From contig OX597823.1 of assembly GCA_951406725.2 (NCBI GenBank), positions 74,400,001 through 74,464,000 of the forward strand: a stretch of 64,000 nucleotides of DNA. The letters run 5' to 3'. The position numbers and the translations under genes are program-made. Positions 40,776-52,755 of this stretch are shown in pieces (position 1 is the stretch's first letter; every line of letters starts with the position of its first letter). Below the pieces are notes generated by a model, which made no database searches, was not told where the DNA came from, and saw only the letters and a list, made by a program, of their open reading frames with translations. Source of the DNA: Octopus vulgaris. Lineage: Eukaryota.

Positions 40776-41700
40776 TGAAATATATATATATACATACGTA
40801 CTGAAATAAATATATTTGATACTAAATACAATAGATAAATATAAACATAAATACATTCAATAATATTAATTGCTTTATAATAACAATGTGAGTCTTCAAA
40901 TGTTAATCCAAAGATTTCATATACAATGAACGCAATTAAATTTCGCTTTCTAAAATTTTTCTAAAATTTGAACACGTTTGTTACTTTCACTTTCGCTAGA
41001 TAACACCTATTTCTATTTGTCCGCTAAATTGCTGATGGACATTTCTAGAATCTTGTTATAAATAGCATTCGAGCCTAACTCCAAAAAAGGGGGACACTAT
41101 GCTGTCACGTCATGCTGTACAATCACAGTCTCCGTAGCTAAATTCGCTAAATTTGCGCACTATACCGGTCAGTGCCCAACTAGGTCTTAGATGAATGATA
41201 TGAAAAAATGTACTGAAATGCCTCCAAATGTTATGTAATCACCGCCTCGTTCCATTTTTACACTTCGATAACTTGATATCTCATGTCCGTGAGCTGCACG
41301 CTGCTGCGTTAGAGTTTTATCATTACACTAGGGCGGGGCATTGTCATTCTTTTTATAAATTGTTCATGGTATATCCTGGGGAAATGCCATTATCACCGCT
41401 ATATAAATTTGTAGTGCCTTTAATAACTAGTTTGATAAGTGCTAATGCAAGAAATATTCGGGCCTTGAGTCACGTTATTATTTCTGCTTAATATCAATAA
41501 AGAAAATATACTCATGTTTTGAGTGTCATTTCTGTTTGCATCACTACAGATATCCACACACACATACACACACATTCACACACACACACACAAATAGATT
41601 AAAGTAGAAGTTATGATATATAAGCCTCAGGGGGATAGAAATATACAAGATTAGACTGGTTGAATACCTTAAAATGCAAGCACCATTTCTATTTGTTTTT
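39290..41700 (+). repeat. Near-identical tandem duplication, period ~1.16 kb
   Basis: 39421-40185 matches 40576-41340 almost base for base (offset 1155-1157). Confidence 0.95.
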
Positions 41701-41953
41701 CTTCGTTATATGTGTAGATGTGTGTCTGTGTGTATGTGTATTTATATATATATGTGTACATATGTATGTATGTGTGAGTTTGTGCGAATGTGCATATATG
41801 TTTATGTATAGTATGTAAGTGTGTGTTTGCAGGATAATACGACTACATAGATATGTATAGCTAACTTTTTTAATATTTAAAAGGTACATATAAGAATAGT
41901 TTCATTCAGTAATTATCTTTTATGCTAAATATCGCTTAACAATTTACCATATA

Positions 41954-42197
41954 TTAGGTTGGTGAGTAATTATCGCGGCTTTTTTCAACAAAGTTTACGT
42001 AACGAAAACTATACCAGCATGTAGCAAAAACCTTTTTAAATGATTATCCCGGAGCATATTCACCATCTACTTCAATTACAGCCTCCCAGCCTCCCATTTG
42101 CTTCGTAGATGGTCAAACCGTCATTTAAAGATGTTTTTGTTAAATATTGTTATAGTTTTTGTTGAACAAAAGCCGTAATAATTATGTACCAACCCAA
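41954..42197 (-). mobile_element. Internally deleted mariner (MITE), 244 bp
   Basis: TA|TTAGGTTGGTGAGTAATTATCGCGGCTTTT...AAAAGCCGTAATAATTATGTACCAACCCAA|TA; the interior minus strand encodes WEAVIEVDGEYAPG*, a mariner C-terminus. Confidence 0.88.
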
Positions 42198-42451
42198 TAT
42201 TTTCTTGTTGTCTATGCCTCTATCCTTCCACGCCTAACATTTCTGTTCTTTTGTCTGCATCATTCTATGGTAGCGCATTTTTGCATAAACTCATATATTG
42301 TGTGTTTTTCTACTTTCTCCTAATATTTTCTCTTAATTCGTTCTGAATATGGTAGTATCGCTTAAATCTTCACATAGTCGCCATTTATCTTCTAATTAAT
42401 TGGTTATTTTAATTAATTTACCTAATTTAGTAAATTAACTTTAGTTATGTA

Positions 42452-42492
<41 letters not shown>

Positions 42493-42497
<5 letters not shown>

Positions 42498-43040
42498 AGC
42501 TTAGAGAAGAAGAAGAAACGAAACGAAACCAAACGAATCGAATCGAATCGACGCGAAGGCGCTCAGTCATACAATAGTGTAATAAATAAAATATATGCAT
42601 ACATACAAATATACATGTACATACCTACATCTACATGTATATATACATGCATATATAAATATATATACGTGTGTACAGGACACCACAAATAGACGTAGAA
42701 CTCAACGAGAAACGAAAACGTAAAAACAGCATGGAACGGACCATTTTTTTAACAACAAAAAAACAGAGTACAAGACAACTACACAAGGAAAATTCCCCTT
42801 CATCAGCTGTGCCTAGTTCAACTCCAGCATGTTTCGAAGGTGAGGACAGAACACGTCTCGGAGAACTAGTCCTTCCTGCGAAAGAATTAAATAAAATTCA
42901 TTTGCAGAGGGGTAAAAACAAGGAAAATGTGACAAAAACAGGACGTAAAAACAATACAATTAAAAACAAATACAAAATAAAATACAATTACAGTAAATAC
43001 AGTACAAGAAGGAATAGAAACAGGACAGGAAAACAATAAA
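42493..43040 (-). mobile_element. Family P1 copy with internal inversion
   Basis: 42493-42560 matches 12882-12940 in the same orientation; 42583-43040 matches ~13190-13645 in reverse. Confidence 0.75.
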
Positions 43041-43063
43041 GAGGGCCTAGAAGCCTAGACGAG

Positions 43064-43112
<49 letters not shown>

Positions 43113-43792
43113 TTACACTTAGATATGTTTCGACCAGAGATTGGTCCAGGCCATTTCTAACTTAATAGCACCACCTGTTAGGATTATCTAAATCCTGTTT
43201 AAGTCAAGTTTTGTTTATAGTCCATTCAGGTAGTGAGTTCTTGTTGAGTGAGATGTATCCAGGTATGTGTGGCTTAGCTAAAGCAGCAAAAATATCAGAA
43301 AGTGTTAATCAGAATTTCACGTTCTTGTTCATCGGACAGTTTTGTTTATAATGGAACAAAAATGCAGTTATAAACGAACATATACAATTAGTTTAATGGA
43401 AACACATTTGAAAATGATTTTGTTTCATTGGTCCTTTCAACTAACGTTCGTTACAATAACTGGTTGCATGCAATGAACAACATTCGGCATAAAATCATCT
43501 AAAAAAATCGAAGAAAGCCTAAAATGAAAAATAACATATAAAGAACAACAGTCAAAATGCCCAGGGTAAAATATTATTTATAAAATATTAATCAATTCAT
43601 ACATTAAAAGTTATATCCGTTTAAAACAAAAGGTTCACGTCGAATTACGTATACATTTAGCTGTATAGACACATACCAAACCATCTGTAATATACATATA
43701 TACACTAAAACTTACAGATGCATGTACATACCTACATACATATATAGACAAGACATAAATATATATAAAAATGCATACATATATATATAGTT

Positions 43793-43965
43793 AATCTAAA
43801 CATGAAAACACAAAGAGAAAACACAACAACGCGAGGACGTGGAATAAGTATAGTGTTATTGGACGCTCAGGAAAGGAAAGGAAGAAGGAGGACTTAACGT
43901 TCTTCGTGAGAAACAGAAAAAGAAAAGATCCTAGGAAGGTAAGATGGAGGGAAAAAACCGCCAAT
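43793..43965 (-). mobile_element. PLE-like terminal-repeat fragment, family P2 (second copy at 57443-57612)
   Basis: Shared AAACATGAAAACACAAAGAGAAAACAC...CGCGAGGACGTGGAA...GACGCTCAGGAAA; both copies are flanked by (TA)n. Confidence 0.65.
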
Positions 43966-43982
43966 ATACATACATATATATG

Positions 43983-44033
<51 letters not shown>

Positions 44034-44838
44034 AATATAGGATAAAATTTTTTTCGAAAAAAATTCTTTTCCCCAAAAGATTTTATCAATGCCCAGCATA
44101 TTAAAAAATACCTTTAAAGGTTAAATTTATAAACAATTCCTAAATAAGGGCAAACGAAAAAATTTCTAATGCCAAATATGCCGAAAAATTGGACATAGCG
44201 TGCGGATTGTGAAAAGATAAATGGTTAATGGACAACATGTCAAAATTTAGGGCATATGTGGCATTAGAAATTTTTTCGTTTGCTCTTATTTAGGAATTGT
44301 ATATATATATATATGCATTTGTATATATATACGCATACATGCACACGCATAAAATCTCCTGGGGCATGATTATACAAGTTAGTTGTTACAGACGAGACAA
44401 AGAAAAGAAAAATCAGAGAATATTAAATATACTTAATATTCTCTGATTTTTTCCTCCTTCTCTTTCTTTCGGCTGTAACAAATAATACGAAAGAAAGTCC
44501 TTGGTACAGCTTTATATGTTTGAATAAATAGATTTAAATCGTTTTCCTGAAAATTTCATCACTTTAGTAATTAGATTTTTATTACTTATTAGGTGTTTAT
44601 AGGAGATGACCCCGATACCATTTTCTCACATAAGACCGGTTTTCAAAGTGATATGTTTCCGATAGTTATCAAGTCTGTAGATACAGTTGTTTAGTTACAA
44701 ACATACAGATACAGACACATGCAGAAACCCTTATATACGCACTTGTACAGATATAGACATACACACACACACACACACATATGTATATATGCATATATGT
44801 ATGTGTATATGTATACACATCCATACATACATACACAA

Positions 44839-44870
<32 letters not shown>

Positions 44871-44952
44871 GTCTCAATGACACCATTACCTCTCATAACC
44901 TCCATATATATATATATGTGTGTGTGTGTGTATTTGTGTGTGTGTATATACA

Positions 44953-45208
44953 CACCGTGATCACCGTGACCGACCAGGCTATCAGATGTTGTTACACATC
45001 GCTGGTCACAATGCGTTCGCATTGTTTTAGCCTTGGAATGACGCCAACAGAAGAAAGAGTGGGAGAAAGAGTGGTGAAAGAGTACAGCAGGGATCACCCC
45101 CCCCTGCCGTGTTTTCGCTCAATAAAACTCACAACGCCCGGTCTGGGAATCGAAACCGCGATCCTACGACTGCGAGTCCGCTGCCCTAACCACTGGGCCA
45201 TTGCGCCT

Positions 45209-45210
<2 letters not shown>
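44953..45210 (-). mobile_element. SINE family C
   Basis: Minus strand GGAGGCGCAATGGCCCAGTGGTTAGGGCAGCGGACTCGCAGTCGTAGGATCGCGGTTTCGATTCCC, ending CACGGTGATCACGGTG. Confidence 0.92.
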
Positions 45211-45242
<32 letters not shown>

Positions 45243-45256
<14 letters not shown>

Positions 45257-45770
45257 GTATATATATATAAATTAATAAATAAATAAAATATATGCATATA
45301 TACATACATATATGTACGTACCTACATCTACATGTATATATTACATGCATATATGGGTACAGGACACCAAAAAAACGTCGAACACAGTGAGAAACGAAAT
45401 AATAAACACGAAACCAAGGAAATGGACATTTTTTCAAACAACGAAAAAATAGAGTACAGGACATACAAAACAAGGAAAATTCCCCTTCTTCAGTCGCGTG
45501 GAGTAGATGAAATTAAGGCGACTGAAGAAGGGGAATTTTCCTTGTTTTGTATGTTCTGTACTCTATTTTTTCGTTGTTTAAAAAAATGTCCATTTCCTTG
45601 GTTTTATGTTTATGTTTTCGTTTCTCATTGTGTTCGACGTTTTTTTGGTGTCCTGTACCCATATATGCATGTATATATACATGTAGAGGTAGGTACGTAC
45701 ATATATGTATGTATATATGTATATATTTTATTTATTTATTAATTTATATATATACATATATATATATATA
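45243..45770. mobile_element. Foldback of a family-P1-related 3' end; ~250-bp arms, 20-nt spacer
   Basis: Left arm ends CCCCTTCTTCAGTCGC (45497); right arm starts GCGACTGAAGAAGGGG (45518). Confidence 0.9.
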
Positions 45771-45837
45771 TATGTATGTATATATATATATATATATATG
45801 TAGGTATATACATGTATATACACACACACAAATACAC

Positions 45838-45893
<56 letters not shown>

Positions 45894-46376
45894 GGAGGTT
45901 ATGAGAGGTAATGGTGTCATTGAGACCCAAAGGTGTAAGGTAATACTGAAAAAGTGCTATAAATAAACCATAGTAAAGTTCCAAGTTCAGTGATTTGGCG
46001 AAAAAGGGCTTCAACGTTGGTCATGTCAGCGCGTGTATTTAATTTTATTTTCTCGTAATGAGATAAAAAAAAACAAGGCTGAGTAGATTTTTAGAACATT
46101 TATAGATAGAAGTTCTCACAGTTGTTTCCTGGATATTCATAAAGTATATCCCTTCATGGGAGACGTGTGAGATAATAGTTAAGTAATAGTTAATTCTGAT
46201 ATGATACAAAATAGAGAGTGAGGTGCAGGAAAGAAAATAGATGCTAGATATGTAGGGATTTTGAATTTGTAGATCCATTTTTTAGGCAAAATGGTATACA
46301 TGTAAAATTCCACTTTTATGTTTATAAACCTGTTACTTATTCTGTCGATATGTTTTGCCGAACCTCTAAATATATG

Positions 46377-46565
46377 TTTCTTTATTACCCACAAGGGGCT
46401 AAACATAGAAGAGACAAACAAGGACAGACAGAGGGATGAAGTCGATTACATCGATCCTAGTGCGTAACTGGTACTTAAATTATCGACTCCGAAAGGATGA
46501 AAGGCAAAGTCGACCTCGACGGAATTTGAACTCAGAACGTAACGGAGACGAAATACGGCTACGGC
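46377..46565 (-). mobile_element. SINE family A unit of the tandem-array type
   Basis: Reverse complement of one unit of the 21094-21833 array, including the TGTTTAGCCCCTTGTGGGTAATAAAGAAA segment. Confidence 0.85.
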
Positions 46566-47341
46566 GTGATACGAAAACCGGTTGTCAAGCATTGGTTGGG
46601 AGCAAACATAGACACAAAGATACACATACACACACTCACACACATAGGTATATTCACGACGGGCTTCTTTAATCTCTGTCATCCAATGCAACTCTCAATG
46701 TTTATGTCGGCCCGAAGCTAAAGTATAAGATAGCTGCCCAAATTGGCATGCAGTGGGTCTGAAACCAAAACCATATTTTGAGAAGCAAACTTGTAGCAAA
46801 CTTACGTTTTGATACAATTTTGAATTTTCATACACGTTTTACCATATTAATAAAATTTTATCAGGGTGAAGACAATTTAATGATGTCGTTGATGACAAAT
46901 TTTATTGAACCATGAACAGGAATACTATTTTTAAGCTTTCATCAAAGCTGTGTCTGTAGAATATGCTAATAGGTTTCCATTTGAAATCACGAATATCTTT
47001 TGCTTATCAGTTCATGTGGTGTAAAGACGCTTTAATTTATCAAACGCATTCAGCAGCATACCTATTTCCTTTTTACGAGGTACACAATTTCAGCTTTCCC
47101 GTGAAAGTAATTATTCTTGACAAAACTTTAATATATTTAATGATTAGAAAATTAGGATGTTGTAATTTTATTCTCGAAATTTATAAACACTGAGTGGATT
47201 TAAATTATTTATTATTCAATGAATATGAATATTTGTTTCTTGCTAATGTCTAAAATTTAGGCACCTTGTTTTGCGCTTATCCGCTCTCACGCGACTGTGT
47301 GTATATACATAAATATGATTAAATACACATACATGCACATA

Positions 47342-47673
47342 TTCTTTATTCGTTTATTATATTAATTGTTTCAGTCATTTGACTGCGACCATGCTGGAGC
47401 ACCACCTTAATCTTTGTAAGCCTAGAAATTATTTTATCGCGGTTTTTGCCGAACTGCTAAGTTATAGGGACATAAACACACCATGCAATGGTGGACACGG
47501 GACAAACATAGACACGCAAATACACACATCTACCAAATCTATTCACAAGGCTTTGGTCGGCCCGAGGCTACTGTAGAAGACATTTTCCGAAGGTGCCACG
47601 CACCACGCAGTGGTACTGAACCCGGAACCCTGTGGTTGTGAAACAAACTTCTTACCACGCAGTCACTCTTGCG

Positions 47674-47675
<2 letters not shown>
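47342..47675 (-). mobile_element. SINE family B
   Basis: TTTCAGTCATTTGACTGCGACCATGCTGGAGCACC tail and CTTCTTACCACGCAGTCACTCTTGCGCC head on the + strand. Confidence 0.85.
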
Positions 47676-47737
<62 letters not shown>

Positions 47738-47826
47738 TATATACATATAAATTCAACATATTCTTCCCTCCCTGTGGCAAGACACGAAGTGGGAAACTTC
47801 TTATTTGTTTTGAATTTAATAAATAA

Positions 47827-47982
<156 letters not shown>

Positions 47983-48309
47983 TCATGCATACTGGTGCGT
48001 TTGAGCATGTAGGTGCAAAAAACAGCAATCGAAAAAGTAAAGTAAGTTAAGTGAAAAACTTCACATACTGTTACACTGATTCTCATGTAACTGTTCACCA
48101 CAGAGTGCTGACAACCTGTCTGATGATCAATTTAGTTAAACCTGACGAAAAACTTTGTGGCAAGAGGGTGTAAGAATGTATATGTATATTGTAAGAATAC
48201 ATCTGTACATATGCGCACGTCTGTGTGCGCGACCTTTTGCATTTTGCTACAAGGTCATTTACATTTTGTGAATAATATATCAATTTATTAAGCTATACAG
48301 AGTTCTTTT

Positions 48310-49300
48310 TAGATCTAAAATATACTTTCTTACGTTTTTTACAATGCTCTTGCATCTATCTGGTAGACTTCCAAGGCCCCTCTTACATTATTCACATGTC
48401 CCTAATGAAAAATACTTCTCCACTACTGTTATGACCGCGTCTACAAAATTCGTATACTTTCCGTCCAAATGATTTTGAAGATTACGGAATAAATGATAAT
48501 CAGATGGAGCAATGTCCGGTGGGTGGGGCATCGTTTCCCATTCAAACTGCTCCAGCCTTTGCAATTTCATCCTCACTGAATGTGGCCGAGAATTATTCTG
48601 ATTGACTAACACATTTCATCTTGAAACCAAAAATGGTCATTTTCCTTCTAGCGCTGACTTAACCCGCTCAAGCTGCTCGCAATAGATCTCATTTGTCATC
48701 GTTTGGTTTGGGTTTAAAGTTTTTAAATTGGATTAAACTTTTCATATCCCACCAAATATATGGCAACCATACGTGGGTGAAGAACTAGGGTACAGATGTT
48801 TCTATTTTTTTTCTACCCACTCTCTTCGGGAGTTGACATTTTTATAGAGTACCCATTGCTCGTCACCAGTAACTTTAAAGACTCCGCCGGTTACGACGAC
48901 GAGGGTCCCAGCTGATACGATCAACGGAACAGCTTGCTCGTGAAATTAACGTGCAAATGGCTGAGTATTCCACAGACACGTGTACCCTTAACGTAGTTCT
49001 CGGGGATAATCAGCGTGACACAGAGAGTAACAAGGCTGACCCTTTGAAATACAAGTACAACTCATTTTTGCCAGCTGAGTGGACTGGAGCAACGTGAAAT
49101 AAAGTGTATTGCTCAAGGACACAACGCGTCGCCGGGAATCGAACTCACAAACTTACGATCATGAACCGAATGCCCTAACCACTAAGCCACGCGCCCTCAC
49201 ACCAGTAACTATTCGGTTGAAAAAGGTTAATTCGTGAGATGTGACAGCAAAGAAGAGCACACATTCACTCTCTGCGCGCGATTAGATTCGGAAAATGTTA
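48310..49300 (-). pseudogene. Mariner transposase 3' part, decayed and interrupted by a SINE
   Basis: RAQRVNVCSSLL..FFNRIVTG[SINE]DEQWVLYKN...QNNSRPH...PHPPDIAPSDYHLFRNLQNHLDGK. Confidence 0.88.
48875..49199 (-). mobile_element. tRNA-derived SINE, family E, full length with 11-bp TSD
   Basis: TGGCTTAGTGG A-box and GTTCGATTCC B-box; TSD CACCAGTAACT at 48864-48874 and 49200-49210. Confidence 0.93.
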
Positions 49301-49855
49301 GCGTTTGTGCGTGTATGTATTCTAGAGTGTACTTGTTTATGTGTGTGTGAATGTGTATGTATACATGCGTGTATTTGTGTGTGCGCGTGTGCATGTGTGC
49401 GTGTGTGCGTTTTGTATTTGTGTGTGGGTGTGCAGCTATGAGCATTTTAATTACACAAACTGTGGCGAAAATGTTTTTCATGTTCAGCTGCTCAATATTC
49501 AGCTAAACTGACTGATTTGCTTCCCCTTGAAAGAGATGAAAAATGCTTAACCCAAAATTAATTCAGCACGTAACTCTTGAGAGTAGATCAGATAAAGTAA
49601 GATGCGTTTTTTAAGAAAATTGAGGAATATATAAACCATTACACATTACCACTTGCTTTTAATTCATAGAACGTGACAAGTTGTGAACTTTCGCATCATT
49701 GAATTGCAGGGTTGCTAAGATATTTAATTGTCTTGTTGATGGAAGGAAGAAATCAGTGTAATAAGCTTAATTGTAACTAGTTTCAAAATAAATATATATC
49801 ATCATTGTTTTTAATTTTTGTGTACACACACATATACATATAAATGCGTAGCTGT

Positions 49856-49898
<43 letters not shown>

Positions 49899-49907
49899 TA
49901 TATATAT

Positions 49908-49972
<65 letters not shown>

Positions 49973-49975
<3 letters not shown>

Positions 49976-50480
49976 GCTTAACTGTGTGGTAAGAAGCTTG
50001 CTTCCTAACCACATCTTTCCAGGTTCAGTCCGACTGCATATAAACTAAGGCAAATGTCTTCTATTAGAGCCGCGGGTCCACCAAAGTCATGTGAGTGGGT
50101 TTGGTGGACTGAAGCTGAAAAAAACTTTGTATACACACACACACACACGCACACACACACATATATATATATAATTGTGTGTGTGTGTTTGTGTGTGTGT
50201 GAATGTGTGTATGCGCGGGCGCATATGTGTGTGCCCGTGTGTTTATGTGTTTGTATTTTATGCGTATATTTGTGTCTGTGATTGTCTACCACCAGCGCTT
50301 GACGACTCGTTTTGGTGTGTTTATGTCCTCGTAACTTAGCGGTTCGGCAAAAAAGACCTATGTAATAAGTATCGTACTTAACAGAAAGTAAGTACTGGGG
50401 GCGATTCCTTCGATTAAAAAAAGTCTTCAAGCTGGTGCGCCAGCATAGCCGCAGAATGAACCTAATAAAATATAAAAGAT
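49973..50480 (+). mobile_element. SINE family B (a further degenerate head at ~51237-51390)
   Basis: GTGTGGTAAGAAGCTTGCTTCCTAACCAC...CGTAACTTAGCGGTTCGGCAAAA...CCAGCATAGCCGCAG. Confidence 0.85.
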
Positions 50481-51692
50481 ATAGGCAGTAAACTTACGTC
50501 TGCAGTAAGAGAAATTTGGGGACGAGATACGTATGCCGTGTCAGAAGGAGATCTCTCGTTATACGATGGCCCGAGGAAGAAGGACGGAACTAAGTAAACG
50601 ATAATACTTGAAAACGTTAAGGAATTAATTTACAGTTTTAACTTTCATTTCTTAGATATTTAAAATTTCTTATATGTTTATAGCTTCAACATGCCAGAGC
50701 AATGTTCGTAACATGTGTAGCTAAAAATATTTCCTGTAAAAATTAATTTAATTTGCTTTCTACTAGAATAGCTGCAATCACATTATTGCCATCGGTTAAA
50801 TTTTAATACCTTAAAATGGCATATAGCTGAAAACATAACCACACTTTTAGCTCGACTTCAAACACGTGTATAATATCCGCCAATCAGCATTTGCATTGTA
50901 AATAACCTATGACGTTGTATATTCCTTGTACGTTACACCATGCTTTTAGAGAAAATAGCAACATTTCATTGAAAATGGTGTACGTCCATGAGCTAAAGGC
51001 TTTTGGGTTCTTTTTTACTCGATTTATTTTTATTCAACTTCAACAGATTTCTTCCAACAACGGAAATATATTTTTCTCGTGAAATACAAATTTATTAGAA
51101 ATGTATAGTTTATATAATCCAAATTTAAGTATAAATCCTTAGAATTGAAACAAAGACGCAAGCATCGAATTAAAGGACACGCTATGAGAAACACGTGAAG
51201 CTAAACTTGTATCTAGTAAATATTTACTTTAATTATAGGTGTGGCTGTGTTTTAAGTATTTTGTTTCCTAACCCCATGGTTCTGGATTCAATCCCAATGT
51301 GTGAGAAGTTGTGCGACTATCCTTAACTATAGGCACGAGTTCACTGAAACATTGCGAGTACATTTACATGATGGAAACTAGAGGAAGCCCTAAGTTGTGA
51401 GATCAATTTGTTCTACTAAAGACTTTAAGGTGGTGTTGTGTTAGAAAACTATATTATAAAGATGTACATTATTTTATACGATAAATTACTCATTAAAACT
51501 ATATTATGTTAAGACCGTATTACTTTTTATAATCGAGCTCATCTGCATATATGTGTGTATATATGTGTGGGTGTTTGTATATATATATATATATATATAT
51601 AATAAAATATTAGGGAATAAATCCAAACTTACAGGGAAAAATCAGATTTAGGATTAAATCCAATTTTATAGTATAAATATATTATATTATAT

Positions 51693-51952
51693 TATATTAA
51701 ATTAGAGATAAAACCACTATTAGGCAAATCAAACAATGAAAAACATAAGCCAATACATAAAATTAATTAATTTATATTATTTTAAATATATATCAAAAGT
51801 ATTGAAAGTTTAATAAAAGATACTCTTTATCTTTTATTAAACTTTTAATACTTTTGATATATATTTAAAATAATATAAATTAATTAATTTTATGTATTGG
51901 CTTATGTTTTTCCTTGTTTCATTTGCCTAATAGTGGTTTTATCTCTAATTTA

Positions 51953-51957
<5 letters not shown>
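51693..51957. repeat. AT-rich palindrome, 130-bp arms, 5-nt loop, between (TA)n tracts
   Basis: 51693-51822 vs 51828-51957 with about three mismatches. Confidence 0.93.
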
Positions 51958-52017
<60 letters not shown>

Positions 52018-52755
52018 ATGCATGTCACCGCTACGAAGCAAGCCTTTGAGCAGGATCACCAATTCCCAACGTTTACCAACCCCCAAAGCACATCATTCGC
52101 CAACCCTTACCAATTCCCAACACCTACCAATCCCCAACGCTTGTTTCGTGTGAGTGCGATTGTGGTTGTATACGCGCATGCGTATGTGCGCACACACTGG
52201 TGCGCACGTGTATGTGCATGGAATATACATATGTACATATGAATGAATATCCACGTGTTTGTGTATGTTTGTATGTGTGTATGTGTGCTTATGTGTGTAT
52301 ATGTGTGTGCATGTTCATCCAAGCATGTGTGTGTGTGTGCAGACGTGCACATTCTCCCCATATACAGATGAGCACGCTCGCATCAATATATACACGCACG
52401 CAAAACTATATGAGCGTGTCTAATCACCCAAATATAGATCTGTACGTACTCATGCTGTCCTATTCCACTTCTCCCCAACAATCTGACCAATTTCTTCATC
52501 GACCCGTGGTCTACTTCCTGTCTTCCACGTTGTCAATTTCCTGTTCACCATGCTGTATTTTCCAACAAACTGTTACCGATGTACCAAGATCAAGTCACTA
52601 CACCGCGTTACCTACCTCGACCAATCGCAGCCTACCGTACGGTAATAACAATAAACTTTTGCCATTCAAATTCAAAATGGATGACGACTAGCATCACGCT
52701 TGAAACTCAAGAGTACCAACAAATTTAAATCAAACTGTTTTGATTCAAACTCTCA

